Below are positions 17,486 to 26,454 of a DNA stretch of 32,000 nt, piece by piece. The notes under the pieces were generated by a model, which saw only the letters and a list, made by a program, of their open reading frames with translations, had not been told where the DNA came from and searched no databases. The DNA lies in assembly GCF_000020025.1 (NCBI RefSeq), contig NC_010628.1:6630001-6662000 (forward strand), given 5' to 3'. Made by a program: the position numbers and the translations under genes. The stretch comes from Nostoc punctiforme PCC 73102 (GTDB lineage Bacteria; Cyanobacteriota; Cyanobacteriia; Cyanobacteriales; Nostocaceae). The stretch's first letter is position 1, and each line of letters begins with the position of its first letter.

Positions 17486-19285
17486 ATGAGAGGCACTATT
17501 CCTGTTGTTGCATCTGAGCAAGCGAGTAAGCAACTTTCTACCCTGCGGCGTTTTTTGCAATACCTGCTACTTTATCGCAAAGAAATTCCCATCGCCTTGA
17601 CATTAGTATTTATTGGTGCTGTAACCCAGGCAATTGGACCATTTTTCCTCGGTTGGTCAATCGATCGCCTAATTGAAAAAGGTAATTTACAAGGACTCCT
17701 ACTGTTATTAGGGCTACTAGCGCTGAACTACGGACTTGGCATTATAGCAATCCGGGGTCAAATTATTCGAGTCGGCTGGATTATGCAGCGATTGTTGGCT
17801 CAACTGAGGCAAGATATTTTTCTCAAAATCCAAAGTCTCCCCCTCAGCTTTTTCGATCGCAGCGAAGCGGGCGATTTAATGAGCCGTCTGCTGAATGATG
17901 TCAATACTGTGAATCAGGCATTTGGACTGACGATCGCCCAAATGCTAGGCAACATTTTCAGTTTGGTTGGTATCATCATTGCCATGCTCTCAATCAACCT
18001 GCAACTTGGCTTATTGAGCAACCTGGTTGTGCCACTGATGATTTTTACCACAAGTTTGTTTGCACGTTGGGCAAGAGCCAGGTTTCGCGTTACCCGACAA
18101 ACCATTGGGGAGCTTTCCGCCAAGTTGGAAGAAGATATTGGCAGTGTCAGAGAAGCACAGGCATTTAATCGGGTACAGACAAACATCGCCCAATTTGACG
18201 TTCTTAACGCTGCAAATCGTGATGCCAACGTCGAAGCTGTAGCAATTACTTCGGCCTTTTTGCCCTCCATTGATTTTCTCAATACACTCGCAACCGCAGG
18301 TGTGCTGGCTTATGGTGGCTATCTTGCGGTCACTGGGGCTGTAACAGTGGGCGTGGTGACATCCTTTTTACTTTACGTCCAGCAGTTCTTCCGCCCTATC
18401 CAGATTCTCAGCCAGTTTTACACCCAAGCTCAATCTGCCTTCGCCGGATTAGAGCGAATCTTTCTATTACTAGATGAACCGTCAGAGCTCAAAGATGCAC
18501 CCGATGCGACAGAAATGCCGCCGATTCAGGGGGAAGTGAGATTTGAGAATGTCAAGTTTGGCTATAACCCAGATCAATTGGTTCTCAAAGGGGTGAATTT
18601 GCACGCCTATCCAGGGCAGATGATTGCACTAGTCGGGCCGACTGGTTCGGGAAAAAGTACAATTATTAACTTGATTTTGCGCTTCTACGATGTATTTGCT
18701 GGTGCAGTAAAAATTGATGATATTGATGTGCGTAGTGTTACCCAAGCCAGTCTGCGCCGTCAAATTGGCATCGTTTTACAAGATAATATTCTGTTCAGTG
18801 GTACTGTCGCCGAAAACATTGCCTTTGGCGCTCCTCATACTACCCAAGCTGACATCGAAGCGGCTGCACAACTGGCAAATGTACATGAGTTCATTACCTC
18901 ATTACCACAAGGCTATACAACCCAATTGGGCGAACGAGGAGCGCCCTTGAGCCAGGGACAACGACAACTGATTAGTATTGCTCGTGCGGTGTTGATTAAC
19001 CCACGAATTCTGATTCTTGATGAAGCCACCAGCAGCATTGACACGCGCACAGAAGCGCTAGTACAAAGTGCGATCGCTCGTTTGCTGCAAGGTCGTACCA
19101 GTTTCGTAATTGCCCACCGCCTCAGCACAGTTACTCAGGCAGATCAGGTATTAGTAATTCAGCAGGGACAAATTGTAGAGCAAGGTACTCACGCCGAACT
19201 CATCGAGCGGCAAGGTGTATACGCCAACCTCTATGGTCTACAACTGGGTGCAGCAGACACAACGGTTCTTCAAAACGAAAAGTAA
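17486..19285 (+). CDS. ABC exporter half-transporter, canonical catalytic subunit (heterodimer partner B)
   Basis: 599-aa TMD-NBD. Walker A is GPTGSGKST, Walker B ILILDEATS and the H-loop VIAHRLS. The signature is the non-canonical LSQGQRQ. Confidence 0.9.
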   Translation: MRGTIPVVASEQASKQLSTLRRFLQYLLLYRKEIPIALTLVFIGAVTQAIGPFFLGWSIDRLIEKGNLQGLLLLLGLLALNYGLGIIAIRGQIIRVGWIMQRLLAQLRQDIFLKIQSLPLSFFDRSEAGDLMSRLLNDVNTVNQAFGLTIAQMLGNIFSLVGIIIAMLSINLQLGLLSNLVVPLMIFTTSLFARWARARFRVTRQTIGELSAKLEEDIGSVREAQAFNRVQTNIAQFDVLNAANRDANVEAVAITSAFLPSIDFLNTLATAGVLAYGGYLAVTGAVTVGVVTSFLLYVQQFFRPIQILSQFYTQAQSAFAGLERIFLLLDEPSELKDAPDATEMPPIQGEVRFENVKFGYNPDQLVLKGVNLHAYPGQMIALVGPTGSGKSTIINLILRFYDVFAGAVKIDDIDVRSVTQASLRRQIGIVLQDNILFSGTVAENIAFGAPHTTQADIEAAAQLANVHEFITSLPQGYTTQLGERGAPLSQGQRQLISIARAVLINPRILILDEATSSIDTRTEALVQSAIARLLQGRTSFVIAHRLSTVTQADQVLVIQQGQIVEQGTHAELIERQGVYANLYGLQLGAADTTVLQNEK

Positions 19286-19324
19286 AATATATGTAGCTCA
19301 AATTTACCAATTGTCAGAAAAGGA

Positions 19325-19579
19325 ATGAAGCTACCTAACCTCGATTCAGAAACTATAAATCGCATTATTGAGATGGCATGGGAAGATAGAACATCTTTTG
19401 ATGCGATTGAGGCTCAGTTTGGACTGCTGGAGAAACAGGTAATTGCCTTAATGAGGCGTGAAATGAAAGAATCTAGTTTTCAGATGTGGCGAAAGCGAGT
19501 TACCAAACGCCATACAAAACATTTATCTAAGCGAGAATTTATTGCAGGTCGGTTTAAATCGCACAATCAAAAAACGTAA
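19325..19579 (+). CDS. DUF2805 / TIGR03643-family small protein
   Basis: 84-aa ORF. IIEMAWEDRTSFDAIEAQFGL..VIALMRREMK.SSFQMWRKRV..RHTKH matches my recollection of the family signature. Confidence 0.7.
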   Translation: MKLPNLDSETINRIIEMAWEDRTSFDAIEAQFGLLEKQVIALMRREMKESSFQMWRKRVTKRHTKHLSKREFIAGRFKSHNQKT

Positions 19580-19594
19580 CTAATTGAAAGTAAA

Positions 19595-20128
19595 ATGACG
19601 AAAGTTACACTCTATATTGCAGCTAGTTTGGATGGTTATATTGCTCGCAGCGATGGCGGAATTGATTGGCTATCAATCCTTGATATAGAGGGCGAAGACT
19701 ACGGTTATGGTACTTTCTACGAATCCATTGATGCTATTGTTTTGGGTAGCAATACTTATGAAGTAGGGCTGGGTTTTGATGAATGGCCTTATCCGGGGAA
19801 GAAATCATTTGTTTTCACCAAACGCCATCTCCAATCTGACCGCGAAGACGTTGTGTTTGTTTCTGATACAGTCAAGAACGCCTTGGCAAATATAGAGGCT
19901 CAAGGTTTTGAAAATATCTGGCTAGTTGGTGGCGGAGCATTAATCAATTCATTTCTTCAGCACAGCTTGATTGATGAATATATTATTTCAACTATTCCAA
20001 CTATCTTAGGTAGCGGTATACAGCTTTTCCCACCGCCTACCCCTGAAGAAAAATTGGAACTGATTAACTCAAAACAATATTCTAGTGGTTTACTGCAATC
20101 ACATTATAGGCGAACAGGGAAGCTTTAA
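19595..20128 (+). CDS. Dihydrofolate reductase-family protein (RibD C-terminal domain type)
   Basis: 177-aa ORF with VTLYIAASLDGYIARSDGGIDWL, the central GSNTYE and WLVGGGALINSFL. Confidence 0.8.
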   Translation: MTKVTLYIAASLDGYIARSDGGIDWLSILDIEGEDYGYGTFYESIDAIVLGSNTYEVGLGFDEWPYPGKKSFVFTKRHLQSDREDVVFVSDTVKNALANIEAQGFENIWLVGGGALINSFLQHSLIDEYIISTIPTILGSGIQLFPPPTPEEKLELINSKQYSSGLLQSHYRRTGKL

Positions 20129-20151
20129 AAATGTATAATTCCTAATTATGC

Positions 20152-20208
20152 TTCAAGTGGTGATAAGTCCGATACTCAAAAATTCGGGAAATTTAAACAC
20201 CACTTGAA
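20152..20208. terminator. Hairpin between convergent DHFR-family and thioredoxin genes (possible bidirectional terminator)
   Basis: Perfect 11-bp arms TTCAAGTGGTG (20152-20162) / CACCACTTGAA (20198-20208). The 35-nt loop contains a small inner hairpin (TCCGA..TCGGG). Confidence 0.4.
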
Positions 20209-20264
20209 ACGTCAATGCCGCTATTAGCTATCCCGTAAAAAGCCTTGTTAATTACGAATTAAGT

Positions 20265-20612
20265 TTAAACAACCTCAAGAAGCTTCTGAACAGCTTCGCT
20301 AAACTGCTCGTAAGGAGAAACTCCCACAATAGTTTCTGCTAAAATGCCATCTTTGAAAATTAAAACTGCTGGAATACTGCGAAGACCGAATTTTTTGAAA
20401 ATCGGCTTATTCCTGTCAACGTCTACCTTAACGACTTTGGCGCGGCCTTTGTATTCTTCAGCAAGTTGCTCCATCAAAGGACTTACCAGGCGACAGGGGC
20501 CACACCAAGTAGCAGTAAAATCAACAACAACAACTTTCTCTTCACTTCCATTTAAAACAACATCAAATTCACTTTCTTCAAGATAAGCAACTATCTGAGT
20601 ATCAGCAGACAT
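20265..20612 (-). CDS. Thioredoxin
   Basis: 115-aa ORF with VVVDFTATWCGPCR (active site WCGPC) and the downstream IPAVLIFKDG. Confidence 0.9.
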   Translation of the reverse strand: MSADTQIVAYLEESEFDVVLNGSEEKVVVVDFTATWCGPCRLVSPLMEQLAEEYKGRAKVVKVDVDRNKPIFKKFGLRSIPAVLIFKDGILAETIVGVSPYEQFSEAVQKLLEVV

Positions 20613-20762
20613 TTTTTAATTCCTTAGTATTAAACTAAATTGCAGCAAAAATCTCACTATACAAACTATACCTTCTTCTGTCCGTCAGGTTCACCAGCCA
20701 CCTGTATTGGAAAATCCCCGCTACTGAGCAAAAGTCAGTAGCAGGAATTTAATAATCTTACA

Positions 20763-20861
20763 TCTGGTGCCGCAGCTACGCCCGCACTTCTCTACGAGAC
20801 GCTGCGCGTTAAGCGTAGCTATGCCGCAGGCTTTACGACAAGGCTCAGTGACCATCGTAGA
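20763..20861. repeat. Modular small dispersed repeat, intergenic copy
   Basis: Nt 20763-20790 (TCTGGTGCCGCAGCTACGCCCGCACTTC) is the exact reverse complement of 29866-29893. Nt 20844-20861 matches the reverse complement of 29820-29837 at 15 of 18 positions. It carries an extra internal module relative to the 29.8-kb copy. Confidence 0.7.
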
Positions 20862-20899
20862 CATCGCACCAACCTACCTAATCCAAAAACTTCACGCCT

Positions 20900-21226
20900 T
20901 CAGGATGTAGAAGATGTAGAAGCATCATCTCGATCAAACAGTTCTAACAACCCAATGGTGCCTACAAAAAAAGTATAAGTGGCATATCGTATTGGCATCT
21001 TTTTTCTTGAAGGTGCATAAAAAGCTGCTACAATAGCTTCGATAAAATGGCACGTTATGGCAAAACGCTCAATCCAAAAAATTGGATTAAGGCTGCTGGG
21101 AATATTACTATTAGTTAGTAATGCATAAATATTCCATGATTCTAATCCAATTGCGCTGGATATAAGAACTGTAGATATAATTTTTACCATTGTAAAAATT
21201 TTCCTCTTTATAAGTTTTAAGTTCAT
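20900..21226 (-). CDS. Hypothetical small membrane protein
   Basis: 108-aa ORF with an alternative start at 21190 (MVKII). It has three hydrophobic segments. I recognise no family. Confidence 0.45.
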   Translation of the reverse strand: MNLKLIKRKIFTMVKIISTVLISSAIGLESWNIYALLTNSNIPSSLNPIFWIERFAITCHFIEAIVAAFYAPSRKKMPIRYATYTFFVGTIGLLELFDRDDASTSSTS

Positions 21227-21651
21227 GCTTTTCGCAAAACAATTGTTGAAAATTCTCTACAAGACTCGATGAAGTAACAGATAAGTTTATCTGTGAGAAA
21301 CTACGCAAAAAATATCTCAAACTCTTATTTCTCGGTGTTCTCTGTGCCTAGTTTTTCTTTTACTCATGCGTAAATCTTATGTGTGTTATCTGAAATTCCC
21401 CTTAATTCAATCAATCTTATATCATAATTTCCATTTATTTTTGTAAAAGCCTATAAAAAAAAATTGGCATGGTGTATTTAATTCTGCCATACCCGTAAAC
21501 CCTATGAGTAATGAAAATTAATTTACCAGATATTTAAAAAATGATAAAAGTGTGGAATAATGCATTGGTGATAAATTTAGTCGAAATAAGAGTCATAAGT
21601 CAGGAGCCAGAATACCCTTTCAGAGAAGCAAGCTACAGAATAAATTCTGTA

Positions 21652-21721
21652 ACGACACTTCGACTTCGACAAACTCAGTGCATCGCTAGCTGATAGCGCA
21701 GTGTAAAGCCTGCGTCATAGC
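21652..21721. repeat. Fragmentary relative of the 20763 repeat family
   Basis: GTAAAGCCTGCGTCATAGC (21703-21721) matches the reverse complement of 20818-20836 at 18 of 19 positions. The adjacent CACTTCGAC and ACTCAGTG blocks resemble other modules of the family. Confidence 0.4.
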
Positions 21722-21830
21722 AATTCTTAAAGAGTGTCTTAATTCTGACCTGAGCTAACTGAAACGTCTCCAGCTTGACTTCTAAATTCTTCTTCAATCC
21801 CCTCTAGATTTTGATAAAAAATGAAAAGCT

Positions 21831-22040
21831 ATGATTGCTCAACATTACAACTCAATTCACGTTGAAAATGACTTGCTTCAACAAATCCAAATTAAAGAAA
21901 ATCAGTTAAGAATTGCACAAGAATCTAATATGATTCATGTAGCAGAAGCACTACAGAGTCAGTTATTAAAGTTGCAGTGTCAATTATCAGAGCCGCAAGA
22001 CGTTGAAGTCCAAGCATTGATGAGTTTGCTAGACGAGTAG
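21831..22040 (+). CDS. Hypothetical 69-aa protein, coiled-coil-like
   Basis: ORF only, in an AT-rich region, with no recognised motif. Confidence 0.3.
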   Translation: MIAQHYNSIHVENDLLQQIQIKENQLRIAQESNMIHVAEALQSQLLKLQCQLSEPQDVEVQALMSLLDE

Positions 22041-22205
22041 AATTGTAACTTTTTGTTACAAAAAATATTTAAAGCACAAAAACTCTATTTGTGGAAAGCA
22101 GAGTGAAGTTATTGTGATGCCTGAAAGTGCTATTTATGCGCTGTAGCTCAAAGCGAACTAAAGTATCAGTATCATAGAATCACAATACTTCCGACTTAGA
22201 TAACA

Positions 22206-22340
22206 TATAAGGCTCAGATTTGATTTTTGCGAAACTGGTAGAACTCAAAGAAGCTTTTTTTCTGGTGCCTCTTGCCTGTCCACACAAGTAAGTATGGCTA
22301 CACCATGCTGCGCGAATAGAAATTAAAGCTGACGGCTATA
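22206..22340 (-). mobile_element. MITE-like dispersed repeat, copy C (inverted orientation)
   Basis: The reverse complement aligns end to end with copy A: ATATAGCCGTCAGCTTTAATTTCT..GTAGCCATACTTACTTGTGTGG..AGGCAAGAGGCA..CTTTGAGTTCTACCAGTTTCGCAAAAATCAAATCTGAG. It abuts the stop codon of the ORF at 22341. Confidence 0.6.
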
Positions 22341-22649
22341 TTAGGGTTTTTGCTGCGTAGGTGGTCTTTTAATCTGCTGTACTGACTCAATCTTAAGAAC
22401 AGGCTTAATTGAGCGCAGTTGCCTTTGCCTAAGAATTTGAATTTCTCTCTCAATCGAATCTTTTCCTTGTCTAAAAAAGTCTTGAGAATTATATGGAACT
22501 AAGTCACGGGATAAACTTTGAGCTTGTGCAGGAGTCAAACTAGGAAGGGGTTGTTCTGCATTGGCAGAAGTTTGCACAGCCAGCAAAAAAGCTGTTGAAA
22601 TCAGCAAGAGTTGGATTTTTATACATCTAGTTAATATCAGGTTTAACAT
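22341..22649 (-). CDS. Hypothetical secreted protein, possibly a 3'-truncated gene
   Basis: 102-aa ORF with signal peptide LLLISTAFLLAVQTSANA. The TAA stop lies exactly at the junction with MITE copy C. Confidence 0.5.
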   Translation of the reverse strand: MLNLILTRCIKIQLLLISTAFLLAVQTSANAEQPLPSLTPAQAQSLSRDLVPYNSQDFFRQGKDSIEREIQILRQRQLRSIKPVLKIESVQQIKRPPTQQKP

Positions 22650-22800
22650 GATTGATACATCTGTTGTGTAACTGCTGCTTCAAACCATTTTCTGTTGGTC
22701 TTACTATAAACAAGGTACACTTATTGGCTTGTTAATTACCTCCCGCAAATGGGTGAATTAATCAGTTAAACTACCTTATTAAATATTTTGAACTAGCTGA

Positions 22801-22923
22801 TATAGGAATCAACTTTGATTTTTGTTCGCGCATACCTACTTGTGTGGTAGGCAAGAGGCAAGAAGAAAGAAGGCTTTTTGAGTTGTAAGGAGTTTTTTCA
22901 CGCAATCAAATATAAGTCCTATC
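22801..22923 (+). mobile_element. MITE-like dispersed repeat, copy B
   Basis: Shares both termini and the AGGCAAGAGGCAAG..GAAGGCTTTTTGAGTTGTAAGGAGTTTTTTCACGCAATCAAATATAAGT block with copy A. It lacks two internal segments present in A. Confidence 0.65.
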
Positions 22924-23280
22924 TTATCCAAGGTTCGAAATAGGAAAAAGTTCTGTTAGGTTGGGTCGCACTCTTGGGAATAATACTACTTGGGCGATAG
23001 CCTCAATATACCTCAGTGATACTGCTGTATTATATACTTCTTGTCTGTAACAGCTAATACTAAATCATGAAATTGTATTTTATACAGGTATTGTTGGTCA
23101 AATTTAGACAATATCAACAGAGATATTGGCTGAAACATGGTTATTCTATGTTTTATGCTTGCTAATTGTTAAATTATATAAATTTAATTTATACTAAAAT
23201 ATATCAGTATTTTAACTGTTGTCTTACCTGTTAATACTTACTTAATATGTAGCACAATCTTTTTAATTATCTTAGCCATT

Positions 23281-23574
23281 GTGAAATCTCTTCTACAGAC
23301 TTACTTAGAACAAGAAATTTGGATATTAGTACGAGAAAAGTGGTATTTCGCCACAATTATTGGAGTTTGGGATGATTTGTTATGGTTTAAACATAGAACT
23401 TACAACAAAGATACAGAAGAGGATACCCTCTGGGAAATGGTTGTAAAAATCAGTGAAGTAGTTGCTATTGATAAAGTTAGGTCTGTTATTAGTAGAAAAC
23501 CAGACGTGCTTATTTCACGGCTACTAGAAACTGAGCAAGGCACAAACGATTATCATCAAGATCATGAACATTAA
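23281..23574 (+). CDS. Hypothetical 97-aa protein (GTG start)
   Basis: ORF only, AT-rich. A 9-bp perfect hairpin GCTTGTCTC / GAGACAAGC at 23601-23639 follows it. Confidence 0.35.
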   Translation: MKSLLQTYLEQEIWILVREKWYFATIIGVWDDLLWFKHRTYNKDTEEDTLWEMVVKISEVVAIDKVRSVISRKPDVLISRLLETEQGTNDYHQDHEH

Positions 23575-23760
23575 TTAATAGCTTAATAGTAAAAATACTT
23601 GCTTGTCTCCTACATTCACTGATAAAACTTGAGACAAGCGGTATAAATCAGTAAGCTAAGAGAGTAAATATATTCACACAACGGAGGTTTAATAATAATC
23701 TGATAGACTATCTTAAATTTGAAATTATAAAAGCTGGTAGCTCAGGGCTGATAACTAAAT

Positions 23761-25431
23761 ATGAGTGAAGCCTTATTCTGTATCGAAAATCTGCGAGTTG
23801 CCTATCCTCAACGGAGTGGAGAAGAGGCAAGCTGGGCGGTTGATGATGTATCTTTCACCTTGCAACCAGGTGAAAGAATGGGATTGGTGGGAGAGTCAGG
23901 TTGTGGTAAGTCAACTATCGGGCGGGCAGTAATGCGTTTACTACCAGCCTCTAGTTGTGTTGAGGGAAAGGTGACATTTCAAGGACAGTCGGTGCTTGAC
24001 TTGATGCCTAACCAGTTGCGGAAATTTCGAGGAGAGGCGATCGCCTTAATTTTTCAAGATCCCATGACACGCCTCGATCCGTTGATGACGATTGGTAAGC
24101 ATTGTATCGAAACTCTTCAGGCGCACTCACCACAATTATCAACGCGGGAAGCCAAAGAAAAAGCACTTGCTACTTTGGCGAAGGTAAATATTCCCGCTAG
24201 TCGCTGGAATCAGTATCCCCACGAATTTAGCGGTGGAATGCGCCAACGGGTTGCGATCGCTTTAGCTTTACTCCTCAACCCCAAGTTAATTGTTGCCGAT
24301 GAACCCACCACCAGTTTAGATGTCACCGTCTCCGCGCAGATATTGCAAGAATTAACTCGCCTGTGCGGTGAAGAAAACATGGGATTGTTGCTGATTTCTC
24401 ACGATTTAGCAATGGTGGCTGAGTATTGCGATCGCATTGGCGTGATGTACCAGGGCAAAATGGTCGAAATGGGTTCTACAGAAACCGTCTTTAGACAACC
24501 TCAACATGAATACACGCGATCGCTCTTAAAAGCAGCTTTACACATTCAAGCAGTAAACGATGATGGAGAATTGATAATTGCCAACGACTCAGAAAAGCAA
24601 TTACCGATTATTAATAAGCAATCTCCAATTTTGAGTATTACAGAACTCAAGCAATACTACACCATAGAACCTAACTTTATCGAACGACTGTTTAACACAC
24701 AAGCGCAGACAATTAAAGCAGTAGATGGTATCAACCTGGATATTTATCCAAGAGAAATTCTCGGCTTAGTCGGTGAATCAGGTTGCGGTAAAAGCACACT
24801 ATCACGAACAATCCTGCAACTAATTCGTCCCACCAGTGGCAAAGTTAAATTTTTAGGACAAGATTTAACTACACTGTCGCCTCAAGAAATTCGCTCCTCA
24901 CGGCGACAAATCCAAATGGTTTTTCAAGATCCTCATGCTTGTCTCAATCCAGCGATGACTGTGGGACAAAGTATAGCCGATCCTTTATTTATCCACAATT
25001 TAGCCGATCTTGTTAAGGCAAAAGAACAGGTTTTGTGGATGCTAGAGAAAGTTGGGTTAACACCCTCAGAAGTATATTATGAGCGTTATCCATCAGATTT
25101 ATCTGGGGGGCAACAGCAAAGAGTTGCGATCGCTCGTGCTTTGATTACTCACCCTAAACTTTTGATTTGCGATGAACCTGTGAGTATGTTAGACGCAAGC
25201 GTGCAGTCGCAAGTACTAGATTTGATGTTGCAATTAAAAGAAGAATTTGAGTTAACTTATCTGTTCATCACTCACGATCTCTGGTTAGCTAGATTTTTGT
25301 GCGATCGTATTGCCGTGATGAATGGTGGCAAAATTGTCGAACTCGGTCTAACAAAAACTATTTTTGCCAATCCTCAGCACCCTTATACCAAAACACTACT
25401 AGCTGCTGCCCCCTTACTAGCACGCGCCTAA
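23761..25431 (+). CDS. ABC transporter ATP-binding protein with two fused NBDs (oligopeptide/dipeptide/nickel importer ATPase type)
   Basis: 556-aa ORF. Walker A occurs twice (GESGCGKST), as does the signature (FSGGMRQR, LSGGQQQR) and Walker B (LIVADEPT, LLICDEPV). The C-terminal motifs QPQHEYTRSLL and NPQHPYTKTLL are typical of DppD/OppF-like ATPases. Confidence 0.9.
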   Translation: MSEALFCIENLRVAYPQRSGEEASWAVDDVSFTLQPGERMGLVGESGCGKSTIGRAVMRLLPASSCVEGKVTFQGQSVLDLMPNQLRKFRGEAIALIFQDPMTRLDPLMTIGKHCIETLQAHSPQLSTREAKEKALATLAKVNIPASRWNQYPHEFSGGMRQRVAIALALLLNPKLIVADEPTTSLDVTVSAQILQELTRLCGEENMGLLLISHDLAMVAEYCDRIGVMYQGKMVEMGSTETVFRQPQHEYTRSLLKAALHIQAVNDDGELIIANDSEKQLPIINKQSPILSITELKQYYTIEPNFIERLFNTQAQTIKAVDGINLDIYPREILGLVGESGCGKSTLSRTILQLIRPTSGKVKFLGQDLTTLSPQEIRSSRRQIQMVFQDPHACLNPAMTVGQSIADPLFIHNLADLVKAKEQVLWMLEKVGLTPSEVYYERYPSDLSGGQQQRVAIARALITHPKLLICDEPVSMLDASVQSQVLDLMLQLKEEFELTYLFITHDLWLARFLCDRIAVMNGGKIVELGLTKTIFANPQHPYTKTLLAAAPLLARA

Positions 25432-25512
25432 CTCAACAAAGTGAGGAGTTATGAATTACTAACTCCCCACTACTAACTCGTGTACAGACGCGATTAATCG
25501 CTTTTCTAACTC

Positions 25513-26454
25513 CTAATTCTCTTCCCTCCCCTTAAGCAATTTAGTTGCTTCTCCACTCGAAGCATATAGTTCAACGAATCTTTTAAATAGCAATGCAGTC
25601 TCGTGATTTGAAGCCCTGCTTAAGTGGAATAAACGCCCTATATTTTTATCCGCTAAAGCTCTTAAATAGGGCAAATCTTCAAATAGTGTCAAACAAGAAG
25701 CAAAATGCAATATTATTTGTAATAATGGCTTTGGCCACTCTAGGTCACTATATATATCTATAAAGAACTGATGTTCTGAGTCATTTAACGGAAAAGCATT
25801 AAATAAAACAACTATCCTTTTGTTATTGTAAACTGGAATGCTCAATTCAACGGTATATGGAGTATGTAATATTAAATCTACCTCCACAATCGGTTGCCGC
25901 CAAATTCTCAAAGGATTAGCTGGCGAGTCTAATATTGTTTGGAATTTGATTATTCCACCAGTGTTAGTGGGCTGAAATTGGCTAATTTGGAAAATTTTCA
26001 GGTTATTAAGGCTAAAATTATGAACTGTTTCTAAATGCTTTAAGTTCAATAGATGATAAATTTGGCAAAGATAAGGAAACGGTAAAATATACTCCTGGCT
26101 GATCATGTGGAGCTTTCTTACTTGAAGCTTATTCGCTTGAGTACGAGCGACATATTCTTGATATTGGCTGGCACCTAAATCATTACTGTTAAAGCTTTCG
26201 TTAGGCTTGAGATATAGCCAACTCACAAAAAAGAAAGAAGCTGTAAATAGCTGAAATAGTTCTATATAAGATAAATAGCCATCAGCAAATGCAGCGACAC
26301 TTCTATCGGTTATTCCAAAAAGCCAAGATGGAATACCAAATATCCAGATATTACTTTTAATTTGATCTATAAAAAGTGCTATTTCAACATTTGAGACATT
26401 CTTACCTTGATTTACACTTAATTCATCATTATTTTTTAGACAATTAGTAAACAT
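25513..26454 (-). CDS. Hypothetical 313-aa protein with hydrophobic N-terminal third; family not recognised
   Basis: A long ORF in AT-rich, HIP1-free DNA. Hydrophobic segments are IWIFGIPSWLFGI and LFQLFTASFFFVSWLYL. I can name no catalytic motif with confidence. Confidence 0.55.
   Translation of the reverse strand: MFTNCLKNNDELSVNQGKNVSNVEIALFIDQIKSNIWIFGIPSWLFGITDRSVAAFADGYLSYIELFQLFTASFFFVSWLYLKPNESFNSNDLGASQYQEYVARTQANKLQVRKLHMISQEYILPFPYLCQIYHLLNLKHLETVHNFSLNNLKIFQISQFQPTNTGGIIKFQTILDSPANPLRIWRQPIVEVDLILHTPYTVELSIPVYNNKRIVVLFNAFPLNDSEHQFFIDIYSDLEWPKPLLQIILHFASCLTLFEDLPYLRALADKNIGRLFHLSRASNHETALLFKRFVELYASSGEATKLLKGREEN

Noticed and set aside
21111-21320. 69-aa minus-strand ORF overlapping the start of the 108-aa membrane ORF
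   Set aside because: It is out of frame with, and largely overlapping, a somewhat better ORF. It is AT-rich and has no motif.
22920-22936. GGTTCGAAA, resembling a tRNA T-loop
   Set aside because: The flanking bases do not form a T-stem, and no acceptor or anticodon arms can be drawn. It lies at the edge of MITE copy B.
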